Shown in pieces: positions 48,796-59,023 of a stretch of DNA of 64,000 nucleotides. Under the pieces are notes generated by a model. That model had not been told where the DNA came from. It was given only the letters and a program-made list of their open reading frames with translations, and did no database searches. This stretch comes from Thermoanaerobaculia bacterium (GTDB lineage Bacteria; Acidobacteriota; Thermoanaerobaculia; Multivoradales; UBA5704): positions 14,552 to 78,551 of the forward strand of contig DATARD010000080.1 in NCBI GenBank assembly GCA_036264355.1, read 5' to 3'. Both the position numbers and the translations under genes were made by a program. Numbering within the stretch: position 1 is the first letter of the stretch; each line of letters opens with the position of its first letter.

Positions 48796-50595
48796 ATGAG
48801 CAATGTTTCCGTGTTCCCCACTCCCGAGCCCGAGCGCTCGCATGAAGGCTCCGTGAGCCATGCCGGCCACCTCATCGCCCCTCACGGGGGCGAGCTGATC
48901 AATCTGCTGGCCGACGATGAGCGGGCCGCCGAGCTGAAGGCGGCATCCCGCGACTGGCCGTCCTGGGACCTGACGGGCCGCCAGCTCTGCGATCTCGAGC
49001 TGCTGCTGAACGGCGGCTTCTCGCCGCTCACCGGCTTCATGAAGCGCGCCGACCACGACGCGGTCTGCTCCTCGATGCGCCTCGCCGACGGCACCCTGTG
49101 GCCCATCCCGATCCTGCTCGACGTGCCGCGCGAGCTGGCCGACAAGCTCGCCAAGCAGAAGATGCTGGCGCTGCGCGATCCCGAAGGGGTGATGCTCGCC
49201 GCCTTGCACATCGAGGAGATCTGGGACCTCGACCGCCAGGCGAGCGCCGCGGCGACCTTCGGCACCACCGATCTCAAGCACCCCGGCGTCTCCTACATGG
49301 TGCAGAAGACCCACCCGGTGGCTCTCGGCGGCCGGCTGGAGGGATTGCAGCTCCCGATCCACTACGACTTCCGGTCGCTGCGCCAGACGCCGGCTGAGCT
49401 GCGCACCGAGCTGGCCCGCGAGGGGTGGCGTCGGGTGGTGGCGTTCCAGACGCGCAACCCGATGCACCGCGCGCACTGCGAGCTGACCCTGCGCGCCGCC
49501 AAGGAGGCGCGGGCCAACCTGCTGATCCACCCCACCGTGGGCATGACCAAGCCGGGCGACCTCGACCACTACACCCGGGTGCGCTGCTACCAGGCGGTGC
49601 TCCACCGCTTCCCGCAGCACACCGCGAAGCTGTCGCTCCTGCCGCTCGCGATGCGCATGGGCGGCCCGCGCGAGGCGCTGCTCCACGCCATCATCCGCAA
49701 GAACTACGGCTGCACCCACTTCATCGTCGGCCGCGACCACGCCGGGCCGGGCAACGACTCGCAGGGCAAGCCGTTCTACGGCCCCTACGACTCGCAGGAG
49801 ATCCTGCGCACCCACCAGGAGGAGCTGGGGGTGGAGATGGTGCCGTTCAAGATGGTCTCCTACGTCGAGGACCTCGACACCTACATGCCGCAGGACGAGA
49901 TCCCGGAAGGCGCGCGGACCTTGGACATCTCCGGCACCGAGCTGCGGCGCCGCTTGCAGGAGGGCCGCGAGCTGCCGGCTTGGTTCACCTTCCCCGAGGT
50001 GGCGGTCGAGCTGCGGCGCACCCATCCGCCGCGTCACGAGCAGGGGTTCACGGTCTTCCTGACCGGCCTTTCCGGAGCGGGCAAGTCGACCATCGCGAGC
50101 GCCCTGCTGGTCAAGTTCATGGAGACCGGCGGCCGTCCGGTGACGCTGCTCGACGGCGACATCGTGCGCAAGCACCTGTCGTCGGAGCTCAACTTCTCGA
50201 AGGAGCACCGGGACATCAACATCCGGCGCATCGGCTTCGTCGCCTCGGAGATCACCAAGAACGGCGGCATCGCCCTGTGCGCTCCGATCGCGCCGTACGA
50301 CAGCGTGCGCAAGGAGGTGCGGCAGACGATCGAGGAGGGCGGCGGCTTCGTCCTGGTCTACGTGGCGACGCCGATCGACGTCTGCGAGGAGCGCGACCGC
50401 AAGGGGCTGTACGCCAAGGCGCGGGCCGGCATCCTCAAGGAGTTCACCGGCATCTCCGATCCCTACGAGGAGCCGGCCGACGCCGACCTGGTGATCGACG
50501 CCTCGGCGATGTCCCCCGAGGAGGCGGCGCAGGAGATCCTGCTCTACCTCGAGCGGGAAGGCTACGTCGGCGCCAGCATGGCAGCGCAGCCATGA
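48796..50595 (+). CDS. sat/cysC: Bifunctional sulfate adenylyltransferase / adenylylsulfate kinase (PAPS synthase)
   Basis: ATP sulfurylase motifs QTRNPMHRAHCELT and VGRDHAGPG. C-terminal APS kinase FTVFLTGLSGAGKSTIASAL. Confidence 0.95.
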   Translation: MSNVSVFPTPEPERSHEGSVSHAGHLIAPHGGELINLLADDERAAELKAASRDWPSWDLTGRQLCDLELLLNGGFSPLTGFMKRADHDAVCSSMRLADGTLWPIPILLDVPRELADKLAKQKMLALRDPEGVMLAALHIEEIWDLDRQASAAATFGTTDLKHPGVSYMVQKTHPVALGGRLEGLQLPIHYDFRSLRQTPAELRTELAREGWRRVVAFQTRNPMHRAHCELTLRAAKEARANLLIHPTVGMTKPGDLDHYTRVRCYQAVLHRFPQHTAKLSLLPLAMRMGGPREALLHAIIRKNYGCTHFIVGRDHAGPGNDSQGKPFYGPYDSQEILRTHQEELGVEMVPFKMVSYVEDLDTYMPQDEIPEGARTLDISGTELRRRLQEGRELPAWFTFPEVAVELRRTHPPRHEQGFTVFLTGLSGAGKSTIASALLVKFMETGGRPVTLLDGDIVRKHLSSELNFSKEHRDINIRRIGFVASEITKNGGIALCAPIAPYDSVRKEVRQTIEEGGGFVLVYVATPIDVCEERDRKGLYAKARAGILKEFTGISDPYEEPADADLVIDASAMSPEEAAQEILLYLEREGYVGASMAAQP

Positions 50596-51371
50596 ATCCC
50601 ACCGAGGATCTGGCGCGGATCGGCCGCGCGCTGGAGGAGGCCGAGGCCGTCCTCCGGCGCTTCACCCCCGGTGGCGTCGCGGCACGGATGAAAACGGGCG
50701 ACGATCCAGTCACCGAGGCCGATACCACGGTCGACGCCCTGCTCCGCCGCCTCCTGCCGCAGGACGGCGACGGCTGGCTCTCCGAAGAGACCGAGGACGA
50801 CCCGGCGCGTCTCACGGCGCGGCGCGTCTGGGTGGTCGACCCGCTGGACGGCACGCGCGAGTTCGTCACCGGCATTCCGGAGTGGTCGGTTTCGATCGGC
50901 CTCGTGGTCGATGGCGAGCCGGTCGCGGGCGGCATCTCCAACCCGGTCACCGGCGAGCGCGTCGTCGGCGCGGTCGGCCACGGCGTCACCCTGAACGGCC
51001 GGCCGGTGACGGTGAGCGCCCGGCCGGGCCTCGCCGGCGCGACCGTGCTGGCCAGCCGCAGCGAGGTGAAGCGGAAAGAGTGGGAAGGCTACCGCGAGGA
51101 CCTCTTCACCATCCGTCCCTGCGGCTCGGTCGCCTACAAGCTCGCCTTGGTGGCGGCCGGCCTGGCCGATGCCACCTGGACGCTCGTTCCCAAGCACGAA
51201 TGGGACGTGGCGGCCGGCGTCGCGCTGGTCCTCGCGGCCGGCGGCACGATCGTCACCGCCAGCCCCGAGGAGGCGCGCTTCAACCGCCCACACCCCAAGC
51301 TTTCCCGCCTGATCGCCGCTCCTCCCCAGCTCGTGCCGGAGATCGAAGCGGAGATCGCCCGGCGGAGATAG
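50592..51371 (+). CDS. cysQ: 3'(2'),5'-bisphosphate nucleotidase / inositol monophosphatase family (CysQ-like)
   Basis: ATGA overlap with the upstream stop. DPVTEADT, WVVDPLDGTREF and WDVAAG motifs. Confidence 0.85.
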   Translation: MNPTEDLARIGRALEEAEAVLRRFTPGGVAARMKTGDDPVTEADTTVDALLRRLLPQDGDGWLSEETEDDPARLTARRVWVVDPLDGTREFVTGIPEWSVSIGLVVDGEPVAGGISNPVTGERVVGAVGHGVTLNGRPVTVSARPGLAGATVLASRSEVKRKEWEGYREDLFTIRPCGSVAYKLALVAAGLADATWTLVPKHEWDVAAGVALVLAAGGTIVTASPEEARFNRPHPKLSRLIAAPPQLVPEIEAEIARRR

Positions 51372-51403
51372 GCGGCCTGGGCGGATTGTCTGGGAGAATC
51401 GCC

Positions 51404-52486
51404 GTGCCCCGCGAGCTCCTCTTCGTCTCCGCCGGTTTCGATCTGGACGGCGGCGGCAGGGCGCTCGCCGGGCGTCTGCTCGCCGCGGCCTGCGCCGATT
51501 TTGCCCGGTCCCGCGGCCTCGCTTTCTCCGCGCTCGCTCTCGGAGCTGGCGGCGGTCCTCCCGGAACGCTCTATTTCGGCAGCGATCGGCGGAGTCTGGC
51601 TTTCGCGGCCTGGCGGCGGCAGTGGCGGCGCGCGCGAGAGAGAGAGACCGCGGCGTGCGTGTTCGACCTTTTGGGGCCGGCGCGCCTCCAGTCCTGGCTG
51701 CCCGCCGGCCGGCGCGCGCCCTATCTCATACCGCTCTACGGGATCGAAGTCTGGAGCCCGCTCTCCGCGAGCCGCCGGCGGGCGCTCGCCGCGGCCGCGG
51801 TGCGCTTCGCCATCTCCCACTACACGGTCCGCCGGGCGCTCCCTGTCGCGCCGTTCCTGGAGGGCACGCCGGTCGTGCCGCTGGCCCTGGAGGAGCGGCA
51901 GCCGGAAGGGGCGGTGGACGCCGGCCTGCTCCGCCGTCTCGGCCAGGGATACCTGCTCATCGTGGGACGGATGGCGGCGAGCGAACGCTACAAGGGGCAC
52001 GACCAGATCCTGGAAGCCCTGCCGCACCTGCCCGATGTCCGGTTGGTGGTGGCGGGGGACGGCGACGACCGGCCGCGGTTGGCGGCCCGGGCGGCGGACC
52101 TCGGGCTCGCCAGCCGCGTCGCCTTCACCGGCTTCGTCAGCGAGGCGACGTTGATCGAGCTCTACCGCCGCGCCGCCGTCTTCGTGATGCCCAGCCTGGG
52201 AGAAGGGTTCGGCCTCGTCTACCTGGAAGCGATGCGGGCGGGCAAGCCGTGCGTGGCGGCCCGTGGCAGCGCGGCGGAAGAGGTGGTGGTCGCGGGCGAG
52301 ACCGGTCTGCTGGTGCGGCAGGAGGACGGCGGAGAGCTCGTCGCGGCGTTGCAGCGGCTCCTCGCCAGCCCCGAAGCGGCACGGCGGATGGGGGAGGCCG
52401 GCAGACGGCGCTGGCGTGAGGAATTCAACACCGACCGCTTCCGGGCCCGCATCGAGCCGCTGCTCGAACGGCTGACGGCTATCTGA
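51404..52486 (+). CDS. Glycosyltransferase, GT4-like (GT-B)
   Basis: GTG start after GGGAGAA. C-terminal half KGHDQILEAL...PSLGEGFGLVYLEAMRAGKPCVAARGSAAEEVVVAGETGLLV (E-x7-E). Confidence 0.8.
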   Translation: MPRELLFVSAGFDLDGGGRALAGRLLAAACADFARSRGLAFSALALGAGGGPPGTLYFGSDRRSLAFAAWRRQWRRARERETAACVFDLLGPARLQSWLPAGRRAPYLIPLYGIEVWSPLSASRRRALAAAAVRFAISHYTVRRALPVAPFLEGTPVVPLALEERQPEGAVDAGLLRRLGQGYLLIVGRMAASERYKGHDQILEALPHLPDVRLVVAGDGDDRPRLAARAADLGLASRVAFTGFVSEATLIELYRRAAVFVMPSLGEGFGLVYLEAMRAGKPCVAARGSAAEEVVVAGETGLLVRQEDGGELVAALQRLLASPEAARRMGEAGRRRWREEFNTDRFRARIEPLLERLTAI

Positions 52487-52502
52487 TAGCTATTTGACGG
52501 CC

Positions 52503-54287
52503 ATGTGCGGCATCAACGGCATCGTGCGTCTCGCGGGGAGCGAGACAGTCGTCGACCGCGACGAGGTGGTGCGGACGCGCGACGCCATGCTCCGCCGCGG
52601 TCCGGACGACGCCGGGGTCTGGCTGTCCGCGGCCGGAGACGCGGCGCTGGCCAGCCGGCGCCTCGCCATCCTCGACCTCTCGCCGGCGGGCCACCAGCCG
52701 TTCGTCTCGTCCGACGGCCGCTACCGCATCGTGATGAATGGCGAGATCTACAACTTCCGCGCGCTGCGCCGGGAGCTGGCCGATTGCGGAGCGGTTTTCA
52801 GCTCGCAGAGCGACACGGAGGTAGTCCTCCAGCTCTATCAAAGAGAAGGCGCGGCGATGCTCCGCCGTCTGCGCGGCATGTTCGGCCTGGCGATCTGGGA
52901 CGACGCCGCGAAGCGGCTCCTCCTCGCCCGCGATCCGCTCGGCATCAAGCCCCTCTACTACTGCACCGGCGGAGGGCTGCTGCGCTTCGCCTCGCAGGTC
53001 AAGGCGCTCGCAGCCGGCGGCGCCGTCTCCCGCGAGGTCGATCCGGCCGGTCTCGCCGGCTTCCTCCTCTGGGGCTCGGTCCCCGAGCCGTTCACCATCT
53101 GCCGCGCCGTCCGCGCCCTGCCGGCCGGAACGTTTCTGACCGTGGAGAACGGCCGTTCCGGCGAGCCGATCCCTTTCTACCGTTTCGGGGACCGGTTTGG
53201 AGAGGAGCTGGAGCCGGCCGCCGCGGTCGAAGACTCGGTGCGCGCCCACCTGGAGTCGGACGTGCCGGTGGCGGTCTTCCTCTCCGCCGGTCTCGATTCG
53301 GGGCTGATCGCCGCCCTCGCCCGGCGCCACCTGCCGGAGCCGCCGGCCACCTTCACCCTGCGCTTCGACGTCCTCGACGGCACGCCGCTCGACGAGGGGC
53401 CGCTGGCCGCCGAGGTGGCGCGGACCCTGGGTACCCGCCACATCGAACGGCGGGTGGGCCGGGCGGATTTCGCCGCTGCCTGGCCGGCGGCGCTCCAGGC
53501 CATGGACCAGCCGAGCATCGACGGCTTCAATACCTGGCTGGTCAGCCGGGCGGCCCACGAGGCCGGTCTCAAGGTGGTCCTCTCCGGCCTCGGCGGCGAC
53601 GAGCTGTTCGGCAGCTATCCGTCGTTCCACGACGTCCCCCGGCTGGCGGCGAGAGCGCGGGGCGTCAGCCGCATCCCCGGCCTGCCGGCGCTCTGGCCGC
53701 ATCTGCCCGGCTTCGCCGGGCGGCCCAAGCTGCGGGGGCTGCTGCGCTACGGAACAACCCTCGCCGGCGCCTACTACTTGCGCCGCGGTCTGTTCCTTCC
53801 CGAAGAGCTGCCGGGGCTGATCGGCAGGGAGCGCGCGGCGGAGGGGCTCGCGGCCTACGATCCGGTCGCAGATGCCGCGGCGGCTTTGGAGGGTCTGCCG
53901 GCGGGTGACGATCCGTGGCTCGCCGTGCATGCTTTGGAGACGGCGCGCTACATGCGCAACCAGCTCCTCCGTGACTCCGACTGGGCGTCGATGGACCACT
54001 CGGTCGAGCTGCGGGTGCCGCTGGTGGACCCCTGGCTGCGGTCGCACCTGGCGGCGCACGGGTTCGAGCCGGCGCGCGGCCACGGCAAGGCCGCTCTGGT
54101 GAAGCTCGCCGCGCCGGAGCTGCCGGCGGCCCTGTGGAGCCGGCCGAAGACGGGGTTCTACATCCCGGTGATGGAGTGGCTGGAGCCTGGGCCGGGAGGC
54201 CGGTCTCGGAGTCTGGGCAGCCAGTCGCGCCGGCTGGCGATGCGAGTGCTGGAGGAGATGGGCGAGATGAGGGAGATCGGATTGTGA
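52503..54287 (+). CDS. asnB: Asparagine synthase (glutamine-hydrolysing)-like amidotransferase
   Basis: MCGINGIV (N-terminal Cys nucleophile), a GATase-2 domain, and a PP-loop variant FLSAGLDSG. Confidence 0.9.
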   Translation: MCGINGIVRLAGSETVVDRDEVVRTRDAMLRRGPDDAGVWLSAAGDAALASRRLAILDLSPAGHQPFVSSDGRYRIVMNGEIYNFRALRRELADCGAVFSSQSDTEVVLQLYQREGAAMLRRLRGMFGLAIWDDAAKRLLLARDPLGIKPLYYCTGGGLLRFASQVKALAAGGAVSREVDPAGLAGFLLWGSVPEPFTICRAVRALPAGTFLTVENGRSGEPIPFYRFGDRFGEELEPAAAVEDSVRAHLESDVPVAVFLSAGLDSGLIAALARRHLPEPPATFTLRFDVLDGTPLDEGPLAAEVARTLGTRHIERRVGRADFAAAWPAALQAMDQPSIDGFNTWLVSRAAHEAGLKVVLSGLGGDELFGSYPSFHDVPRLAARARGVSRIPGLPALWPHLPGFAGRPKLRGLLRYGTTLAGAYYLRRGLFLPEELPGLIGRERAAEGLAAYDPVADAAAALEGLPAGDDPWLAVHALETARYMRNQLLRDSDWASMDHSVELRVPLVDPWLRSHLAAHGFEPARGHGKAALVKLAAPELPAALWSRPKTGFYIPVMEWLEPGPGGRSRSLGSQSRRLAMRVLEEMGEMREIGL

Positions 54288-55561
54288 GCACCGTGCCCGG
54301 CGACCGCGTCCGCCGCTGGATCGGCATCTTCTCCGCCTTCTTCTCGACGCAGACGGTGACCCAGGCGCTGGGCTTCGCGACCGGCATCCTGTTCATCCGT
54401 GCCCTTCCGGTCCAGGAGCTGGGCCTGTACAACCTGGCCTTCTCGGTGATCACGTTTTTCAACCTGCTGTCCGATCTGGGGAGCACCACCTCGCTGCTTC
54501 ACTTCTTCCACCGCGCGGCGCGCGAGGGGACGGATTTCCGCTGGTACCTCGCCGCCGTCTGGTCGCTGCGGCAGGGAGCGTTCTTTCTCGGTGTCCTGGT
54601 GGTGGCGGTGGGCTTCCCGCTGGCGGCGGTGGCCAAAGGGTTCGCGCGCTGGGACGTGGCGTGGGTCACCGCCGGCGTCCTGCTCTGCGTCTGGTTCCAG
54701 ATCCAGCTCTCCCTGCGCGTTCTCGACCTGCGTCTGCACGACCGCTATGGGCAGTCCTACCGGGCGGAGATGGCCGCCGCGGGGTTGCGCCTCGCGATCG
54801 CGGCGGCGCTGGTGGCCGCCCTCCTGCTCAAAGCCTGGCCCGGCATCTTCGCCACCGCCGCCGGAACGGCTCTGGGCGCCTTCCTGGCGCGGCCGCGGGA
54901 GGCCGCGGCGCCGCTGCCGGCCGGCGGGCTCGGCCCCCACCGCCGGCAGATCCTCCGCTACCTCCTGCCCACCCTTCCCGGCGCCCTCTACTTCACCGTG
55001 CAGGGACCGCTCCTCGTCTGGCTGGCGGCCACCTTCGGCTCGGTGCGCACCATCGCCGAGGTCGGGGCGGTGGGGCGGCTCGGCATGGCGGTCGGCATCT
55101 TCTCAGCCCTCATCGGCACCGTCTTCCTGCCGCGTCTGGCGCGCCTCACCGACGACCGGGTGTACCTCGCGCGCTTCCTGCAGTTCGGTGCCCTCCTCGC
55201 CGCGGTGGCCCTCGCGATGACCGCCGCCGCCGTCCTGGTTCCCGGCCTCTTTCTGTTCCTGCTCGGCCCGCGCTACTCCGGGCTGCGCTCCGAGCTCGTG
55301 CTGGTGGTGGCCGGCGCCGGGCTCAGCCTTCTCGACGGCTACCTGGTGAACGTCAACCTCGCCCGCTCGTGGACGCGCTGGCAGAGCGCCTGCCTCGCCG
55401 TCCTGATCGCCGGCCAGATCGCGCTGATGACCGTCCTGCCGTTGACCCGCACCTACAACGTTCTGCTCTTCAACGTCCTGTCCGCCGGCCTCGCCTTCGT
55501 CCTCCAGGCCCTGATGACGCTCGCCGGCTTCCGGCGGCCGAAGTGGGTATACTGGGCTTGA
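54284..55561 (+). CDS. Polysaccharide flippase (Wzx/MOP-like), multi-TM
   Basis: A GTG start overlaps the upstream stop (GTGA). About 12 hydrophobic helices. N-terminus IFSAFFSTQTVTQALGFATGILFIRALPVQELGLY is typical of Wzx-type proteins. Confidence 0.75.
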   Translation: MSTVPGDRVRRWIGIFSAFFSTQTVTQALGFATGILFIRALPVQELGLYNLAFSVITFFNLLSDLGSTTSLLHFFHRAAREGTDFRWYLAAVWSLRQGAFFLGVLVVAVGFPLAAVAKGFARWDVAWVTAGVLLCVWFQIQLSLRVLDLRLHDRYGQSYRAEMAAAGLRLAIAAALVAALLLKAWPGIFATAAGTALGAFLARPREAAAPLPAGGLGPHRRQILRYLLPTLPGALYFTVQGPLLVWLAATFGSVRTIAEVGAVGRLGMAVGIFSALIGTVFLPRLARLTDDRVYLARFLQFGALLAAVALAMTAAAVLVPGLFLFLLGPRYSGLRSELVLVVAGAGLSLLDGYLVNVNLARSWTRWQSACLAVLIAGQIALMTVLPLTRTYNVLLFNVLSAGLAFVLQALMTLAGFRRPKWVYWA

Positions 55562-55578
55562 AAGAAAACACGTCCGGA

Positions 55579-56670
55579 ATGAAGGACTCAGCAGCTATCC
55601 GCCCCACCATCGCGGTCGTCTATCCGATCCCCTTCGGCGACGACGGGATCTTCGGCGGCGGCGAACGCTACGCGGTCGAGCTCGCGAAGGCGCTGGCCCG
55701 GGAGGCGCCGACCCGGCTGATCACTTTCGGCTCCAACCCGCGGCGCGAGCAGATCGGCGATCTGGACGTGCGCATCCACCAGCCGTTGCGCTACGTGCAC
55801 GGCATGCGCGCCAATCCCCTCTCCTTCGGCTTCCTGCGCGACCTGCGCGGGGTCGACGTGATCCACTGCGTGGCCTGGAACACCCTGGTCACCGACTTCG
55901 CCGTCCTCTACGGGCGTCTCACCGGCAAGAAGGTCTTCGTCACCGATGTCGGCGGCGGCGCGAGCTTCACGCTCACCCGCTGGCTGCCGCTCGGCCGCTG
56001 GGTCGACGGCTTCCTCCTCATCGCCGCCCAGGGAGGTGCGCAGTTCACCGCCTGGCGCGACCGCTGGAGCATCCTGCTGGGGGGAGTCGACACCGAGCGC
56101 CTGCGGCCGGCGCCGGAGGTGGAACGCCGCGGCGTGCTGTTCGTCGGCCGCCTGCTGCCGCACAAGGGGATCGACACGCTGATCGCGGCCATGGACCCGG
56201 AGGTGCCGCTGCGCATCGTCGGCCGCCCCTATCATGAGAAGTATTTCGTGCTTCTCCAGGAGATGGCGGCCGGCAAGCAGGTCACCTTCGTCACCGGCGC
56301 GTCCGACGAGGAGATCCTGGGTTACTACCAGGCGGCGGCGGTGTCGGTGCTCCCTTCGGTGCACCGCACCGTCTACGGCGACTGGGCGCCGTTGCCCGAG
56401 CTCCTCGGCTTCACCCTGCTGGAGGCGATGGCCTGCGGCGCGGCGGTGATCTGCTCGCGGGTAGGCCCCCTGGACGAGGTCGTGGTCGACGGCGAATCGG
56501 GCTTCGTCGTGCCGCCCGGCGATCCGGTGGCGCTGGGCGACCGCATCCGAGCCCTGCTCGGCGATCCCGCGCTGGCCTCCCGCCTCGGGGCGGCGGCGCG
56601 GCGGCGCGTCGAAGAGGTCTTCACCTGGGAGCAGGTGGCCCGCCGTTGCCTGGAGGCGTACGCGCGATGA
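55579..56670 (+). CDS. Glycosyltransferase, GT4-like
   Basis: GRLLPHKGID...LLEAMACGAAVICSRVGPLDEVVVDGESGFVV (E-x7-E). Confidence 0.85.
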   Translation: MKDSAAIRPTIAVVYPIPFGDDGIFGGGERYAVELAKALAREAPTRLITFGSNPRREQIGDLDVRIHQPLRYVHGMRANPLSFGFLRDLRGVDVIHCVAWNTLVTDFAVLYGRLTGKKVFVTDVGGGASFTLTRWLPLGRWVDGFLLIAAQGGAQFTAWRDRWSILLGGVDTERLRPAPEVERRGVLFVGRLLPHKGIDTLIAAMDPEVPLRIVGRPYHEKYFVLLQEMAAGKQVTFVTGASDEEILGYYQAAAVSVLPSVHRTVYGDWAPLPELLGFTLLEAMACGAAVICSRVGPLDEVVVDGESGFVVPPGDPVALGDRIRALLGDPALASRLGAAARRRVEEVFTWEQVARRCLEAYAR

Positions 56671-57965
56671 GCCGCCCCATCGCGGTCCCTCGCGCCCGCC
56701 TGGCGGCGGCCCTGGCGGCGCTCCTCGCCGTGCCGGTGCTCGTGCTGCTGGATACCGCGGTGGCGCTGGCCCGCGGCTGGGAGCCCCGCGGGCCGCTGGT
56801 GCGCTGGGTCGCGACGGCCTGCCTGGCGGCGATCCTCCTGGTGCTCCTGGCGGCGGCGATCCGGGCGGGACGGGAGCTGCTGGTGCGCCGCTGGGCCGCG
56901 GTCATCACGGTGATTTTTTCCCTGGCGCTCGGCTGGGCGGTGGTGGAGGCGCTGGCCTGGGCCGCCCCCGGGCTGCTGGGCAATCGCTTCGCGCACTCGC
57001 GCGGTCCCGGCGTCCACCGGATCTTCCGGCCGGACCCGCGGATCATCGCCGGGATCGCCGGGGAATCCCGCTACACGACCAACGAGCTGGGGATCCGCGG
57101 CGGACCGTTCCCCGCCGCGCCGGAGGTCCCCAGGATCCTCTGCCTGGGCGGCAGCACCACCGAGTGCACCTACCTGGACGATGCCGCCACTTGGCCGCAT
57201 CTCCTGCAGGAGGAGCTTCGCGTCCGTTCCGGCCGGCCGGTCTGGGTCGGCGGATTGGGGATCTCGGGCTACACCACCTTCGAGCACCTGGACTTCCTCC
57301 GCCGCTCGCCTCTCGCCCGGCGCTTCGACCGGCGCTTTGATCGACGCTTTGATCGAATCGTCCTGCTGGTCGGAATCAACGACCTCGTCCGCTTCCTGAG
57401 CGGCGCCCTGGAGCTCGGTCCGCGTCCACTCTGGCGCCGTTCCACCCTGGTGAGCACTTTGGCCGCGGCCGTCCAGCGGCGCGCCTTGCGGCACCTCCTC
57501 TATGAGGAGGAAGACCCCACCGGCCGCTCTCTGCTGGAACGCCGCCGGCTGCGCCGCGAGGCACCGCGGCGGGCGGATCTGCCGGACCTGCGGCAGGCTG
57601 TCGCGGACTACCAGGGCCGGATCGCCGGTCTCGCGGACGCCTGCCGGCGTCTTCGCGTGCGCTGCCTCTTCCTGACCCAGCCGGTGCTCTGGCAGGAGAC
57701 CCTGCCGGCCGCCGAGCAGGGCTCGCTGTGGATGGGCACCGACGGCCGCGGCGCCTACTACACGGCCGGCGCCTTGCGCCAGGGGATGGACCGCTACAAC
57801 CGCGCCCTGCTGGCGGTCTGCGCGCGTCGAGGCCTGGACTGCCTCGACCTCGCCGCTTCCCTGAGCGGCAGGCCCGGGGTGTTCTACGACGACTGCCACT
57901 TCACCGCGGCGGGAGCCCGGGAGGTCGCCGATCAGGTGGCGGATGACCTGGCGAGCGGTCGATGA
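56667..57965 (+). CDS. SGNH/GDSL-like hydrolase with N-terminal TM helices (possible polysaccharide O-acyl esterase/transferase)
   Basis: ATGA overlap with the upstream stop. Block I ILCLGGSTTE, block III LLVGINDL, block V DDCHFTAAG (DxxH). Confidence 0.7.
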   Translation: MSRPIAVPRARLAAALAALLAVPVLVLLDTAVALARGWEPRGPLVRWVATACLAAILLVLLAAAIRAGRELLVRRWAAVITVIFSLALGWAVVEALAWAAPGLLGNRFAHSRGPGVHRIFRPDPRIIAGIAGESRYTTNELGIRGGPFPAAPEVPRILCLGGSTTECTYLDDAATWPHLLQEELRVRSGRPVWVGGLGISGYTTFEHLDFLRRSPLARRFDRRFDRRFDRIVLLVGINDLVRFLSGALELGPRPLWRRSTLVSTLAAAVQRRALRHLLYEEEDPTGRSLLERRRLRREAPRRADLPDLRQAVADYQGRIAGLADACRRLRVRCLFLTQPVLWQETLPAAEQGSLWMGTDGRGAYYTAGALRQGMDRYNRALLAVCARRGLDCLDLAASLSGRPGVFYDDCHFTAAGAREVADQVADDLASGR

Positions 57966-59023
57966 GCGGCGGGGGAGCGCTCCGCGAGGTGGTTCAGGTG
58001 GTGCCCCGCCTGCCACCGCCGGCCGAAGGGCTCGGCGGCTACGCTCTCGCGCTGGCCGGCGCGCTTCGCGAGCAGCACGGAGTGGCCAGCCGCTTCGTGG
58101 CCGCGGCGAGCACGCCGAGTGCCGGCGCCCTCTGCGATCTCCTGGACGCCGCGCCCGGCCTCCCGGTCCTGCTCCAGTACTCCGGCTACGGGTATCAGGT
58201 CCGCGGCTGCCCGGTGTGGCTGGTGGACGGCCTCGAGGCGTGGAAGCGGGGCTCTCCCGACCGCCGTCTCGTCACCTTCTTCCATGAGGTGCACGCCATG
58301 GGGCCGCCGTGGCGCAGCTCGTTCTGGACCTCGCCGGTGCAGCGGCGCCTCGCGGCGCGTCTCACCCGGCTGAGCGACGCCACCGCGACCAGCCTCGATC
58401 TCTATGCCGGTCTCCTGCGGCGCTGGGGTCCCCGCCGCGACCCGGTCGTCCTGCCGGTGGTCTCGAACGTCGGGGAGCCTGAGCCGGCGGTGGTGCCGCT
58501 CCTCTCCGCCCGGCCGCCGCGCCTCGTCGTCTTCGGGGGCGCCGGCAACCGGTCCAAGGTCTACGGGCGGCACCTGGCGGAGCTCGCCGCCGTCTGCCGC
58601 GCGCTCGCGGTGCGCGAGGTCGCCGACGTCGGTCCGCCGATCGCGCTGCCGGCCGCGCTGCCTTCAGCAATTGGGGAGATCCCGATCGTCCGTCTCGGGC
58701 TCCTCTCCGAGGCGGAGGCGAGCGCCGCGCTCCTCGCCTCCCGCGCCGGGTTCCTCGCCTATCCGGCCTCCTTCCTCGGCAAATCCGGCGTGCTCGCGGC
58801 GTATGCGGCGCACGGCGTGGCGCCCGTCTGCACCACCGCCGCTCCGCCGGCCTCGGGCCTCACCGCGGGCGTCCACTATCTGCCCGCGGCGCAGATCCTC
58901 CGGGGCGCTGATTCTCAGGCCGATCTCCAGCCGGTGGCCGACGCCGCCCGCGCCTGGTATGCCGGGCACGCCCTCCGCCGGCATGCGGATCTCCTCAGCG
59001 GTCTCCTCGCATGCGCATCCTGA
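57962..59023 (+). CDS. Hypothetical protein, possibly a divergent GT-B glycosyltransferase
   Basis: ATGA overlap with the upstream stop; 353 aa. The N-terminus VVPRLPPPAEGLGGYALALAGAL resembles GT-B N-domains, but no E-x7-E was found. Confidence 0.5.
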   Translation: MSGGGALREVVQVVPRLPPPAEGLGGYALALAGALREQHGVASRFVAAASTPSAGALCDLLDAAPGLPVLLQYSGYGYQVRGCPVWLVDGLEAWKRGSPDRRLVTFFHEVHAMGPPWRSSFWTSPVQRRLAARLTRLSDATATSLDLYAGLLRRWGPRRDPVVLPVVSNVGEPEPAVVPLLSARPPRLVVFGGAGNRSKVYGRHLAELAAVCRALAVREVADVGPPIALPAALPSAIGEIPIVRLGLLSEAEASAALLASRAGFLAYPASFLGKSGVLAAYAAHGVAPVCTTAAPPASGLTAGVHYLPAAQILRGADSQADLQPVADAARAWYAGHALRRHADLLSGLLACAS

